Of a stretch of 64,000 nucleotides of DNA, positions 27,883 to 40,429 are shown one piece after another. The translations under genes were made by a program, and so were the position numbers. Positions within the stretch are counted from its first letter, which is position 1. Each line of letters begins with the position of its first letter. The stretch comes from Aplysia californica (taxonomy: Eukaryota), in assembly GCF_000002075.1 (NCBI RefSeq), contig NW_004798066.1, forward strand, positions 120,089-184,088, given 5' to 3'. The notes beneath the pieces were generated by a model. The model saw only the letters and a list, made by a program, of their open reading frames with translations, had not been told where the DNA came from and made no database searches.

Positions 27883-28629
27883 TTAACAACCCTGATTCCA
27901 ATTTTTGAACATTCGTATGCCGGTCAGCTTCCCCAAACCCACTTCTACTTTCTTGGCGTAAACAGATTCCTACAGTCTATGTCACAATGACGTGTGCTGC
28001 TGTCTAAGTTTAATTTAACACCCTCTGTGCACGGAACCCAAGTAGTTGCTCAGTATCACTTTGCCCTGTAAAAAACATCAGTTTCCGCAAAGTCAGGAGT
28101 GAGACCAAGATTAGTTTGACAAGGTGTTGAAAAATTCCAGCGCTTTTGCATTATGGGGGCCAAGGGCTAAGGCCAGTGAGAGAATAAAGAGAAAAAGAAA
28201 ATGGATCTAATTTTACACTTGAAACAATCAGTTACGATGTGGGGCATGTTCTGTAGTGATGTAGGATTTACACTCAGGATCAGAGGTGTATGACACATCA
28301 AGCCACTTTAGTTTTAGCGAGAGTCAAGCCAACAACAGCCAATAAATACAACACCACCATAAAAAAAACCCCAACCCTGGAAAGTTTTTTCTTCTTGATA
28401 TGTGGGAACCCAGAAAACAACATTTGTAGGAGAGAGAAAAAAGCTTTTTTCCATTTTGCAACTGTACATACATTCTGTATTTTGGTTTTCACAACATTTA
28501 GAATTGAATTTCAACCAAATATTTTTGAAACTGAGATTTTTTTAGAATTTCAAAATATTAGGCTTTCTACACCTGAAAAGCTGGGAAACTATACAGCCTG
28601 ACATCCTGTCTCTCTATTCTTACCCTTAG

Positions 28630-28779
28630 ACCAATGCGATTGAGTTGATGGCCAAGCTGGCCCAGGCCATCCAGCAGGTGAATGAGAAGCTCAACTTCAA
28701 CGAGGTCATCCAACATGAGGAGAGCATTCTCAAGCTCTACAGGGAGACCATGCTCAAGATCTATGACTTTGGTTTTGAG
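28630..28779 (+). CDS. MAP3K4: MAP3K4 exon (TNAIELMAKL...YDFGFE)
   Basis: cccttag| acceptor, GAG|gttaga donor, 150 nt; FGFE joins YQKE in the next exon. Confidence 0.92.
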
Positions 28780-28957
28780 GTTAGACAAATTTTTATTATT
28801 GTTTATGTATGTGTATCAGTTTTGTTTCTTAAATTTAATTTTTATGGAGATTCTTTTTTGCCAGAGAGTTTGTTTTGATATCAAGTCAGTTCTCAAGATT
28901 TATTTTTTGAAATGTCACCTGAATGTGTCTAACAGATACATTGATTACGACTGTTAA

Positions 28958-29971
28958 CTCATTCGCTACGCCGAGCCGTGGGGGGCGGCGCGGCTAAAGT
29001 ATGCTAAGCCGCCCCCGGCGGCTCGAGAACCGACGTTTAATTTTAGCTTGGTTTCTATTCCAATCCACATATCCATGTTAAAATAAAGGTCATAATATAA
29101 AGTTGACTTCCGGGTCAAGCGTTTCCACCGAAAATCGAGGGTTTTGATTCAGTTTTGAAACACGATTTCGAAGTTTATGCGACATGGTTTTATCGCGAAG
29201 CCCAAATTATAGCCCAGACACCAGTCTTAGTACTTTTACTCAACAAAATGTATCATTATTTTGCTCACTAAAGAAGTGTAGGATTTTTCTTTATAATATT
29301 GATGCTACTGGACTCAATTGTCAGTGCACTGTAATTGAGATCAATATTTTTGAGTGCTAGATCTAGGCCTAGATCTAAATAGTCAAAATATTTTTTTTCT
29401 CCCCAAAATCACTACTTTTTGGTGAATTTACTCTAAAAGTACCACCTAAGACATGTATAGGTTTATTCCAAATGCAATTCTGAATAATTCCATATAAGAT
29501 ACGAGTGGTTTTTTTCTGTTTGGGATCCTTTTTTCAAAATTATTGAAAAAAAAATATTTTTTTAATCCAAATGTACAAATATTATGGAATGTATGTAAAT
29601 AACTGCTCATTTTTCAATATTTTCCTGTTCTATATACAGTTATGGTTATTTTGATGTGTAATTTGACTAGGTGCAAACATATTTTTTTAGTTTCATCTGA
29701 GATTATAAATTTTTTGTTTTCAAATTTTATCCGCAGCCAATCACAATTGTGATGCATAATCGCCTCTTACAGGAACCAAAGTTGAAAAATACTCAAATAA
29801 ACAATACAGATGTTTTCTACAAACCATACTGAAAATGTTGGTATATAATATGTTGATATTTATTTGAATTTATAGCCCCCAAGACCTGTGAACTGCGCAC
29901 TAGTCATCATATCATTTCGCCCTCCCGAAAAAAATTCGTCCACAAGCCGAAAATGATACGTAGCGAATGAG
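28958..29971. mobile_element. Non-autonomous piggyBac-like element
   Basis: Perfect 13-bp TIR CTCATTCGCTACG, TTAA on both sides, no transposase ORF. Confidence 0.88.
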
Positions 29972-31469
29972 TTAAATCCCTCCAAAACTGATACTTTAGT
30001 TGATGACCAAGCCCCAACCTGACCTCCTGTGCAAAGATAATACATCTGTCAGTCATGCACTCTTGCATTCAACCACCATGATGATAGGAATGCTTGCCAC
30101 CATACCTGTATAAAAGTTGATTGCGTTAATTTTTGTATCACTTTCCTTCGCAATTTCTCCTCATCTGATTATCATTTAAGGATCTTCACATTCACTTCTG
30201 ACATGGTAAACCACTGCCAAAAAAGAAACAACCACACACTGACACAGGTATCAAAACATTACATGTCATTATACAATAAATATTCTAATGAAAAAGTACT
30301 AATAAAGCACCACATTCTATTTTTTTAAAAACCCACTGCATGTCATTGGATACAAAGATATGGGTTTGGCTCTACATGACAGATAATGCGGTGAACTCAT
30401 CCATGCTTCTGTTGCCAAACTGGGGAGAAGAGGCGCTGGGATACTTTGTAAAGTTCTGAATGTTGTCATGCAGCCCCAGAACCTTCTTTAAAGTTCAAAA
30501 CAAATGTCCAGCATGCCTTCGGCCAAGAAAAAGTGTTGATATTTATGTACACTGAAGCTAACCCTTAATTACTCCATAAAAGTGGACTACGCACAAAACA
30601 GCTGAAGGAGTGCTAAAACAAGACCACTTCTGGTTTATGTTACGTGAATTTTGAGAATTTTTAAACTTTTGTTTGATGACAAAGTACCTGATCAGTATGT
30701 TTTGTGAGTTTAATTCACTTTGAAATTTAGTGAGAGGGGGTAGATTCCACGATGCAAGGCACTGTCTGCCTACAAACTTAAGTACTGATTCCTTATAGCT
30801 GTGTAATGATTATTTTTTGGTTATTTTTATCTGCTGTCAAATATACATGCACCTCCTCTTAGTGTTGTCTATGTGTGTGAGAGCTAAGTTGAGTGATAGT
30901 TCTGCATTGTACAGTGCTAGAGCCTTCTAAGAATAAGGTGTTATATAAATTCCACTTATTGTTATTATTATTACTACGGACTTCAACTTAAGTTAAGGAC
31001 CACCTTGACAGACAGCCCTGATATTTAAGAAATATGAAAAAAGATACCAAAGAATGTTTCAAAATGTTGTGCTCTAAAAGTGGTAAGTGTTAACAATGCT
31101 CACTGCAAAGCTTCCTAAAGGGGCAAAACCGCCACGTGCAGCATGGAAGTCCTTGGGGAATTGTTTTGGCCTAATTTACTGTTTTTTATCGACGTGTGTG
31201 TGACACCACAGATATTCCTCTTTTAAAATTAACCGTACTCTCTTTGGTGGCAAAAACTCTTTGTGAATAGGGAATTAATCAAATTCTCTGGTCCACACGT
31301 CGTACCATTGCAGTCTTGGTGTACTTTACACCCCCTGGCCGGCCGATTTTTGGTTGCCTCTCTAAAATGATTTTCTGGTCCTGAGGATGTCGTTATAGAG
31401 AGGCTGCACTGTATTTATTTTGCATTCTCAGGTTCACCACATGGGTGACATATATTATGTGTATAAATA

Positions 31470-32302
31470 CAGTCGAGCCTGCCCTGATGGCCACCTCTAT
31501 AAGACGGCCACCTGTACAAACGGCCACTTTCCATTTCCCTCCTTGTGTTTTTTCTATATAATTTAACTGTGTAAAACAGGCACCTGTCCAACGCGGCCGC
31601 GGCCACAATAATTTAACACACAACCCCTATAATACTAAGCAATAATACCTGTCTAAGACGGTCACCTTAGTGACTCCATTACGTTTTGTCATAAATTGTG
31701 CATTGGCCCCTGGCGTTGTGGGCGAGCCGTCATAATTCAATCATCTGTCGTTGTTGTTAGGTAGTTCCTCCAACCGATCATGTTGCGTAGGCCCCTCCCA
31801 CTGTTGACCAATAGCTACCAATTTTCAGCTGCTGGTGAGGTAAGCGTGTGATCCGTCATAACCCATAAGCCCCGCCCAGAACTCATACACAAATCGTAAG
31901 TGAGATGAGTGGTTACTGTTTACCCAGTCTGTAAGTGTAACAAAGTAACAAAGGACGTCAACATGAACTTGTTACAGAAACGTCCCTCGTTCTCCAAGTG
32001 GTGGCGACCCATGTGTTTGTGTGTTTGTTTTAACATGGCACTCGGTGTTCCTTGTTTGATACATTTCGTTTTATTGTCACCATTGTGCAAAATCAGCGAA
32101 AAAATAAAAATTACAAACGAAGTACAAACCAACAGCAACAACACCAACAAAGACAACAACAATGCAGCTACTTTCGATTAGGGCCTCAGATGGGAATGGT
32201 TTGTTTCCTTTATCTTGATCAGTCCTGCCTAAGACGGCCACCTGTCTTATACGGCCACTTTTCTCCTTGACAATGGGTGGCCGTCTTACACAGGTTTGAC
32301 TG
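31470..32302. mobile_element. pogo/Tigger-like MITE (partial relatives near 11520-11604, 36114-36290 and 36790-36960)
   Basis: TA|CAGTCGAGCCTG ... CAGGTTTGACTG|TA, internal aagacggccacctg repeats. Confidence 0.85.
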
Positions 32303-32508
32303 TAGCTTATGTTGGGAATACGGGCAAAGTGCTTGTATGCGGCTTTGACTACAGGGGTAAGCACTGTGTTATTGTGTGTCTTGACAGCTTGTGTAGACAT
32401 GACTGACATACCTTTCTCTCCTGCTCGATTGTCAGGTTGTCATGGCTTTCATAATGCATCTTCAAATTTTTTAACTCGCTATGTCTTCTTTTTCCTTCTC
32501 ATCAACAG

Positions 32509-32642
32509 TATCAGAAAGAGCTGATGCGTTTAATTTGCCGTGACCAGCGAGAAAAGCAGTGCCTGATGATTGTCGCCTTTGCCAAGGACTGGATGAGCTT
32601 TGTCATCAACAAGTGTGAAATGGGCAGGGGAACAAGGCCACG
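32509..32642 (+). CDS. MAP3K4: MAP3K4 exon (YQKELMRLI...KCEMGRGTRPR)
   Basis: caacag| acceptor, CG|gtgggt donor, phase 0-2. Confidence 0.95.
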
Positions 32643-34911
32643 GTGGGTCTGCCTGGCTACGATGTTAGATATGTGGTTGACTGTGCTGTAAATTTAGATG
32701 GCATCAAGCTGGACTGAAATGTTGGCATCTCTGTTTGAGTCCTTAGCGGCACTTGCATTGTGTATGGAATTTTTCTTGCAGGCTCACCTGCCACTTGTCC
32801 TGATTTAAACTTACAAGCAAATTTTTAGTGTTTAGAACTTTGATAACTACCATAAGAGTTCTCTGCAAAGCGCGTTGGTGCAGGCCTTGTGCGGAATCGG
32901 GATCCGCCATGCCTTGTTATTGAACTAGTGTTCGCGTTTCATTGGATGGGGTTATAGTAATCTATATCTATATTTTAGCTTTCTGTTCAAGATTGGCAGA
33001 ATTTCAGTGTCACTGCATCTTGCCTTCCCTCAGATCTTACACTACTAAGTTATACCTCTTACACTGAATAGATCTACTTGAGCAATTCAAGTTATTACTC
33101 TTCTTTGAGTTTGAGCAATAGTTTTCGTCTTCACGTTTATTATAATATATATGAATCATGACAGCCAGACTGGTTATTGACAATCGATTTTCTGGTTGTA
33201 GGTCTTTTCTCAGGCTCAAAACGGGATTCATTTTTATGTAGTTTATGTCGACTAATATGATGAGGGGAAAATATAAATAAGTAAGAACAGACTGAAATAC
33301 CTAAGTCACACAAGATCCCAATGCCACACTGACATGTTGTTGACTGGATATAACGTACCTACATGTGTGTGTGTATGTGTATTCACAAACATGTACATAT
33401 ATTATATATAATATATATATATATATATTTATCGATATGAGAGAGAGAGAGAGATAAATGGAGCACATGCTGTCATTGTTATGTAACATGCCCCTGGAAA
33501 ATGGATGAGACACACCTCCCCTGGAAAATTGAGAAGCTGGGTTGGCAGTCACCCAGTATTATTATCATGTATTGTTTGAAGACTATACTACAACATATGC
33601 GTTCATGTAAAGACATTTTGACTTTATCATTGATAGATGGGCTTTTTGGGGGATCATTCTTGACTCGTAGCGGCCTTATTTCTCCCTGAAATTGGGGTCT
33701 TGAAAAAAATTTCCAGAATTTGGTGGGGACCCTGTGGTTATTATTTTTTTCTAAAATTAGGATAACAAAATGACCTCAAACCCTTCTAAAATAACCAGAT
33801 TTAGCTATTTTATGCCTCATTTTTTTCGAAATGTTCCGGTGGCATCCCTGTAGTTTTCAGCCTTTTTTGTGGCATGCCATTCTCAACCCTGAATAACAGA
33901 GTGTGACGTTTATTCAAAACTGTAGAAGCGAAGATATGCGCGAAACAAAACAGGGAGTTTTTAGGCGTACCAGATACACCCACAGCGCACACGAGAGTGA
34001 ATTGTTAGGGCGCGTACCAGGTGTGCCCACAGAGCAGGCAAGGGGTTAAAAACACATATGCTAAGCCAAAGCCAGGGGTATGACCAACATAAGTTTGACG
34101 TGGTGTTGGGCTTTTGCGTTGTGGTGATGGTTTAGGTCAATGACAGAACTTAAATGTTCATGGCCATCTTGTGATATTTCTAGTCAGTTTACTAATCTTT
34201 TACTTTTTGATTGCTAAAACATGCTGGTGGGTGGGCTGCCCTGTCACACTGGGTGAAAGAATATCCTACCAGCAGCAATTTCTTTTCGGCTGAGGCCTTT
34301 TTGTGTTCAGACATTGATCTATGGGCGTTTGGCGGGTGCTCTGGTGTGGTTTGCTTCTTCTTTCCTATGAAACATCTATCGTCCTTATCTCCCCTTCTTT
34401 TGTTTTATGTTTATTACTCTCTTGTAACACCTCTAATCTTTTTGGCGCTCATATGACCTTATGCTGTTGCGAACGCTGTAAAACCTCTTCTAAAACTAAA
34501 GACATTGATCCATGACTTAAGATAGAGTTTCTTTGCTCTGTCATTTTAAAAAAGAAATTTACCCTGAAAATGGTGACAAAAACCTGGAAAAGGAAAGAAA
34601 AAAAAACAACATCTCCAGGACTGTTTTTCTCCTTGATGAATGGAAACCCTGTAGGGCAGATATAAGTGGACATACTAGTTTGTTACTTGCTTCAGGACTT
34701 CCACAATGTTATATGGCGCTTTCATGTCTTCAAAAGAAGCAAATTATATTTATCAATAAGTCAATAGGTTTCTGAGATTTGAGGCTTATTGAAAAAAATT
34801 GAATGTGACCTTGGGGATTGAAGCTTAGCTCGAGTATTCTCAACAGAATAGACACACACAAGCAGGGAAAGTAGAAACTTGTTTATTTATGAATTTTTAT
34901 TTTTATTTCAG

Positions 34912-34993
34912 TTGGGCCACAACCGGATTGGAGTTCATTTCCTTAGCTTGTGATCCAAAGAATGTAGTCTGTCTGACAGACCAGCAGTTTCAG
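34912..34993 (+). CDS. MAP3K4: MAP3K4 exon (WATTGLEFISLACDP...QQFQ)
   Basis: atttcag| acceptor, CAG|gtgaag donor, phase 2-0; completes RPRWA. Confidence 0.93.
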
Positions 34994-36418
34994 GTGAAGC
35001 CTTTTCTTTCTTCAGCCAAATTTACTCTGAGATTTCAGAATTACCACTTGGAAATCGTTACCATTCTTGTATAAACTTTTTTTGTCCAAAGTATTTTTGA
35101 CGTAAGAGTAATCAGCTGGTGTAAATGCAATTTTGATTCAACCTTCACTTTATGTGCAGTTGGAGCTGATGGCCCTTTCGTATGTGTATCACTGGTCAGG
35201 GCTGCTAGGAAGCAGTACTTCAGTTCGCAAGCAGCCAGCGTGCAGCTTCTTGTAATCTGACCCCGGTCACGAATGAGTCAGTGACCATTTGAATGAGGCG
35301 CTATTTAACTTTTGAATAGCTGTTTCGAGATGCTATTGTCACATCGGGAAGAAATACCTTAACGGGATAGACCTATCGTGATATGCTCCAAAACTTGCTT
35401 TTCACATCAACAATGCAAGCAGATTCACATGACTTCATTTTTCAACAAGATGGAGGACCGTCCCATTGGCACATGATGATTTTAAGCCTTTTGAAATGAA
35501 AAAGTGCCCCAGTGACTGATAGGTAGGAGAGGGGCCCAAGACAGTGCTCTCTGCCTGGCTTGCCTGATCCCCATACTTCTCTGCAAGTGTTTTGTTTTTT
35601 TTCTTCTGGGAATATGTAAAAGATTGTGTTATATTCCACCGCTACCCACTAACCTCAATGACCTTAAACTTTGAATAACAACAGCAATCAACCCATTTGA
35701 CAGTGATATTATTAGGTTTTGAAACACATCTGAGATGAATTCTATTATCCCATTGATGCTGCCCTTGCTGCTGGTGGTGGTCAAATTGAACACTTTTAAG
35801 ACAGGAAGTACAGTTCGATTTTGTTTGCAATACTTGTGACGTAGCTTGAGTTTTCTATTGCTTTTCCTTATTAAAATATTATGTCTTGAAATTGGTTCGT
35901 TATCTTTTAAATGACCTGTATTACAAACCTTTCTTTTGTGGAATTATTTGGCTAAATGTCTGATTGCAACCATTTGAGATGACAATAACAAATGAGGAAT
36001 AAATAAATTGAAACAACTTATATTTTTTATTTGATTTTTAAAAAAATTTTAACGAAATTTACTCCTCACTACCTATTGCACTCTTATACAAACCTTTCTC
36101 CCCAACCTAATATAGTCGAACCTGCCATGAAGACCACCTGTACAAATAGCCACTTTTCATTTCCTCCCTTGCGTTTTTCTAAATAATTTAACTGTGTAAA
36201 ACGAGCACCTGTTCCACGCGGCCGCAGCCACCCTATTTTATCAACCCACGACCAAATTTGCCTGCCTTACAAGGCCAGAGTTTGTAAAAAGATATGCATT
36301 TGGTCATGTTGCTTAGGTCGCTTCCAATGTTTATCCAAGTTGACCAATGGGTGACAATCAGATGCTGGTAAGAAAAGCGTATGATCCTTCAAAACCTGAA
36401 TTGCATTTTCATTTTCAG

Positions 36419-36491
36419 GAATTTCAAAAAAGAATTGATGATGCCTTGACCCACATCATTGGCTCCACTGACAATCGCTCTACAGGCCCAG
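36419..36491 (+). CDS. MAP3K4: MAP3K4 exon (EFQKRIDDALTHIIGSTDNRSTGP)
   Basis: ttttcag| acceptor, G|gtgaga donor, phase 0-1. Confidence 0.9.
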
Positions 36492-37202
36492 GTGAGAGAA
36501 AAATCTGTTCTCCACAAGTTTCATCTTGTATCCCCCATCCCAGGGCACCCCTTTGTGCATTTTGTGTTGGTCATAATTTCATTCTACAAGAATACCAAAA
36601 TAACCAAGTGCACCTTGTGTTGTTTACACGAGAAACCCCTTTCCCATTGTTTCATCAAGCTTTTGGTAAACCAAACATGCTAAAAAGCTTTTTAATTCTG
36701 AACAAGTTAATTTTAATTCCATTGTTGACTTTTGAATATGTCTAGATTTGGAAAGTCCCTTCTCTATCTTTCTAGAAGATAGGGAAACAACTACACTTAG
36801 AATTGTCCAATTTGGCCATCGATTGTGGAGGAGAAAAGTGGTTGTCATAGACAGATGGTTATCTTGGACTGTGTCATTATAATGAATATATATATACGAG
36901 GGGGAAGTGAATGATTATACAGGTGTCTTGAACAGGTGGCTGGTACAGCAGGTTCCACTGTAATAATTTTGTTTTAGATGTAAGCTACCAGTTGAAGCAT
37001 TTATTCACTGTCCAAGACACATTTTTTAGCATAAAGACAATGTTCTGAGCTAATTTGGGGTCGGTTATTCCAGACAGGGCATTAATTTAGCATATTACGT
37101 CGACTTTTTGCATTCTATGATAAGTGGTATTTTTCATGTTACGACAAAATTCAGGAGTTTTCAAACAGTATATATGTAGTTTGATTTAAAACTTCGCTTT
37201 AA

Positions 37203-39858
37203 CTCTTTCAGTACGCATGGGATTCCACAATTTTACGCAGCTGATTTGAGGCGGCAAAGGGGTGTTATGTTAAAACTTCTCTCATTCGGTTAATAATTGA
37301 TGGATTTGTTTGTGTTAGCACTCAAACTATTCGTAATTGGACATAGAATCACAATATGAGTGAAAATGGTTAGTAACTGTAGCACAAAGTAGGCAATAGA
37401 GGATAAAAGTAGTGAAAAGTGAGAAAAATAACCAAAAATGAGACTGAAATTTTCAACTCACCACAAAAATGCTCGTACAATCCATCGAATAGGCAGCAAA
37501 GAGTGAAATCTAATCAAAGTTTATCCATTTAGGAAGGTCCAGGCCAAATTTCAACTGTATAGCAGCAAAACTGTTCATTTCACAAGCAAATGAAAATTGT
37601 CACGAAAACAGACAAAAATGTATCCACAAAGTCCACATCCCTAACAAGTGTCACTGTCCCCCCCCCCCCCCGCCCCCAAGCCCTGTATTTACATCACAGG
37701 GCAAGATGATAGGCCTCAAAGCATGGGGTGGGATGCAAAAATGGCTGGTTTGGGCATCCCTTGCAGTAGAATGAGGTCCTTTTCCTGTTTGTTGGGGTGT
37801 TGCAATGTCGACAAACGCGTGTAAGGCTGGACTTCACTGCAAAATGATTGCTTTTCATTCCAGCCACAGGGTTGTTTGATGGAATGTGGCCTCTATCATC
37901 AGGCTGCTGCTGTTCAATGTCCTCCAGAAGGAGTGCTGCTGCATGAGAGCACATCTCTGAAATCAGATCATGCTTGAATTTCAATAGTGGCGTTTTCCTA
38001 CCCTCGGCTTTCATGTGCAGAATGTGGGCATTCACTTGACTGACCTCAAAAATCAAAAAAAAGATTTTTTTCCACCATTTAGTGCTCTTCCTGGTGTACA
38101 TGCCGTAGGTTTGGACAGCTTGATCAACCCTGTCGCACCCATTCATGTTGAAATTATACGCGTTTATCATCGATGGTTTTTCGACATCTTTTACTGTCAC
38201 CGTGGCAACAGAAGAACTGTTGGAGACAGCAGCACAGGACTTTTTCGCTTTTTTATCTCTAAAAAGAACACAGAGAAGCTGCTTCTCTCTGTGCAGATAC
38301 CACTGTATTTCCCTGTGAGCCAGTTTGGCTGTTTTGAGCTCAGCAGGGAAGCCTTTCCGGTTTGCGTTCACTGTGCCGGTGAAGTAAAACTGCTTTTCCC
38401 TCAGATGATTTAGGAGTTGCATACTGGTGTAGTATCTGTCAGCGTATATATGGTGGCCTTTGACGAGAGGGGACAGGAGTGTTTCAAAGACTCTCACAGA
38501 TTGTTGTGCGTCTGCTGTCATGGGGTCGAAGGAAGTCTGTGCACCAAAGTAAATACGTAGGTTGATGACATAACCAGACTCGCTTTCGCAGAGACCGAAG
38601 GTCTTGACATGGTATTTACTTGGTTTGGTAGCGTTGTACTGCTTGTGAGCCCATCTTCCTTTCCAACCAATGACCATTTCATCCAAAGAAAGCTCTTGTG
38701 TTGGATAATATGCAGCCTGAAATTGCACCAGAAGTGAAGAAACGAACGGCTCAATTTTTGCTTTCCCTTGTGCGTCCAATTCACAGGCATGCAGCATCGT
38801 GTGAAAAATGTGCTGAAACCGGTCACGACGAAATATTTGCCGAAACCAGGGTGTTGCCATATGTGACAAGTCGGTGTTCCAGTAGTCAGAGACACTGGGC
38901 TTCTTTGTAATCCCCATTGCAATGATTACTGCAAAGAATTTGAAAAGTTCACCTGGTGTGATCTTACGCCACTTTTTGTATACGGAGCGCTCCGTTGCCG
39001 TTGCTGCTCTAGCCTCACATCTTTGATTTCCGTAATCGTTGATGTTTTTACATAGCTCTTCCACAATTTCATCAGTAAAATAGAGCCTGAAAAAATCAAG
39101 AGGCACCATTCCTCTGGTGTCAATATCTGGGTTGATCCCTGTGAATCGAGGGGCGAAACGAAAAGCGTTGTCAGCAGAACCCTCAGTCACTTTCTCCCAC
39201 TCCGGAGCTAAAGGTCTCAACGGAGATCTTGATCTAGATCTAGATCTAGATCTAGATCTGGGCCTATTATTTCTGTTACTTTGCCCCTTCCCAATACCCT
39301 TTCCCTTGTTTCGAGGCCTGCTAGTAGACTGGCTTGACACAGGACCAGGTGTTGTCAAACAGTTAGTTCTAGAACTAGAGCAAGAACTAGATCTAGAAGA
39401 AGGGCCAGGCTGGTCATAGTCAGAATCGCTAGAGGATTCATTCCCACCACCATCAAGTTCGATGTCAGACACTTCACTACAGTCACTTTCTTCATCTAGT
39501 AAAGTTTGAAAAAACTGACTAGCTTGTTCAGCAGAAAGCCGCGTTGATCGAGGTCTTGATCCAGACATAATTGAGAGCTAGCACACAAGCCACGAAAATG
39601 TAAACAAATGTAGAAATAAATACTCTGCACAAAACAGCGTTCAAACTGCGTACTCGTAGCGGTACAAAGTGGCCGATAATGGGAAAAGACGCTATTTTTA
39701 CCGCCTTTTAGAATCACTAAACTTGGACTGGAAAATGTTTCGTATTTCTTGTAGTTTTCGTGGCTTGAAATCGGTACCCCGCAAACGCCATTTAAGTGGC
39801 GTGCCGTAAAAGCGCGGAGCCACAAACGCCACTTAAGTGGCGTGCCGGATTCAAAGAG
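37203..39858 (-). mobile_element. Full-length piggyBac DNA transposon in the MAP3K4 intron
   Basis: TTAA at 37199-37202 and 39859-39862. Imperfect TIRs (CTCTTTCAGTACG vs CTCTTTGAATCCG). Two subterminal 25-bp direct repeats at 39782-39806 and 39823-39847. Confidence 0.92.
37694..39568 (-). CDS. piggyBac transposase, 624 aa, uninterrupted
   Basis: Catalytic Asp motifs SLDEM, ADRYYTS and GCDRVDQ; KWWKKIFF; C-terminal Cys-rich domain CRHC...CKGC...HPTPCFEAYH; acidic and Ser/Arg-rich N-terminus. Confidence 0.95.
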   Translation of the reverse strand: MSGSRPRSTRLSAEQASQFFQTLLDEESDCSEVSDIELDGGGNESSSDSDYDQPGPSSRSSSCSSSRTNCLTTPGPVSSQSTSRPRNKGKGIGKGQSNRNNRPRSRSRSRSRSRSPLRPLAPEWEKVTEGSADNAFRFAPRFTGINPDIDTRGMVPLDFFRLYFTDEIVEELCKNINDYGNQRCEARAATATERSVYKKWRKITPGELFKFFAVIIAMGITKKPSVSDYWNTDLSHMATPWFRQIFRRDRFQHIFHTMLHACELDAQGKAKIEPFVSSLLVQFQAAYYPTQELSLDEMVIGWKGRWAHKQYNATKPSKYHVKTFGLCESESGYVINLRIYFGAQTSFDPMTADAQQSVRVFETLLSPLVKGHHIYADRYYTSMQLLNHLREKQFYFTGTVNANRKGFPAELKTAKLAHREIQWYLHREKQLLCVLFRDKKAKKSCAAVSNSSSVATVTVKDVEKPSMINAYNFNMNGCDRVDQAVQTYGMYTRKSTKWWKKIFFLIFEVSQVNAHILHMKAEGRKTPLLKFKHDLISEMCSHAAALLLEDIEQQQPDDRGHIPSNNPVAGMKSNHFAVKSSLTRVCRHCNTPTNRKRTSFYCKGCPNQPFLHPTPCFEAYHLAL

Positions 39859-40026
39859 TTAATGAATCATAGTAACATGTCTCTTTTGTTTAACTTTTAA
39901 CTGTGTGACTCTTCATCCAAAATAAGAAAAGGACCAATATTATTCAAATTTTGCCAATTTTTCTGTGCTATAAATGTAGTAAAACACGTCTATATATCTA
40001 CATGTGCCTACAAAATATTTGCTCAA

Positions 40027-40384
40027 CCACTATTCAATTTGACTTTGGCTTTTCAACATAAAAACTTGCAAAAGTATTAGTTTTCCTATAAAGACAGCTT
40101 TTCGTCGTAAAAACGGTGTTAGATGATTTTGTAAAAGAGGTGTACAAGCTTAGGGAAGAAAATCTAATTTTTCGCACAAATCAACTTCAAATCCCAGTTA
40201 GCTTAACTACTATCCAATTTGACTTTCTGTCTTTTCAACAAAAAGTCGCGCAAAAGTATTTCTCTTTTGCCTTTAAAGACAGCTTTTCGTTGTAAAAACA
40301 GTGTTTGGTGATTTTGTAAAAGAAGTGTACAAGTTTAGGGAAGAAAATCGAATTTTTCCCACAAATCGACTTCAAATCCCAGTT
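40027..40384. repeat. Diverged tandem duplication, 2 x ~175 bp
   Basis: 40027-40199 aligns with 40206-40384 (caatttgacttt...taaagacagctttt...cttcaaatcccagtt). Confidence 0.8.
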
Positions 40385-40429
40385 CTTTTAAGGAAGTTCT
40401 TATTTAGGCCTACAACCATAGACTTAACA

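Noticed and set aside
38015-39419. Plus-strand ORFs opposite the transposase, including DLDLDLDL
   Set aside because: Antisense shadows of the transposase ORF; the DL repeat is the complement of the AGATCT array.
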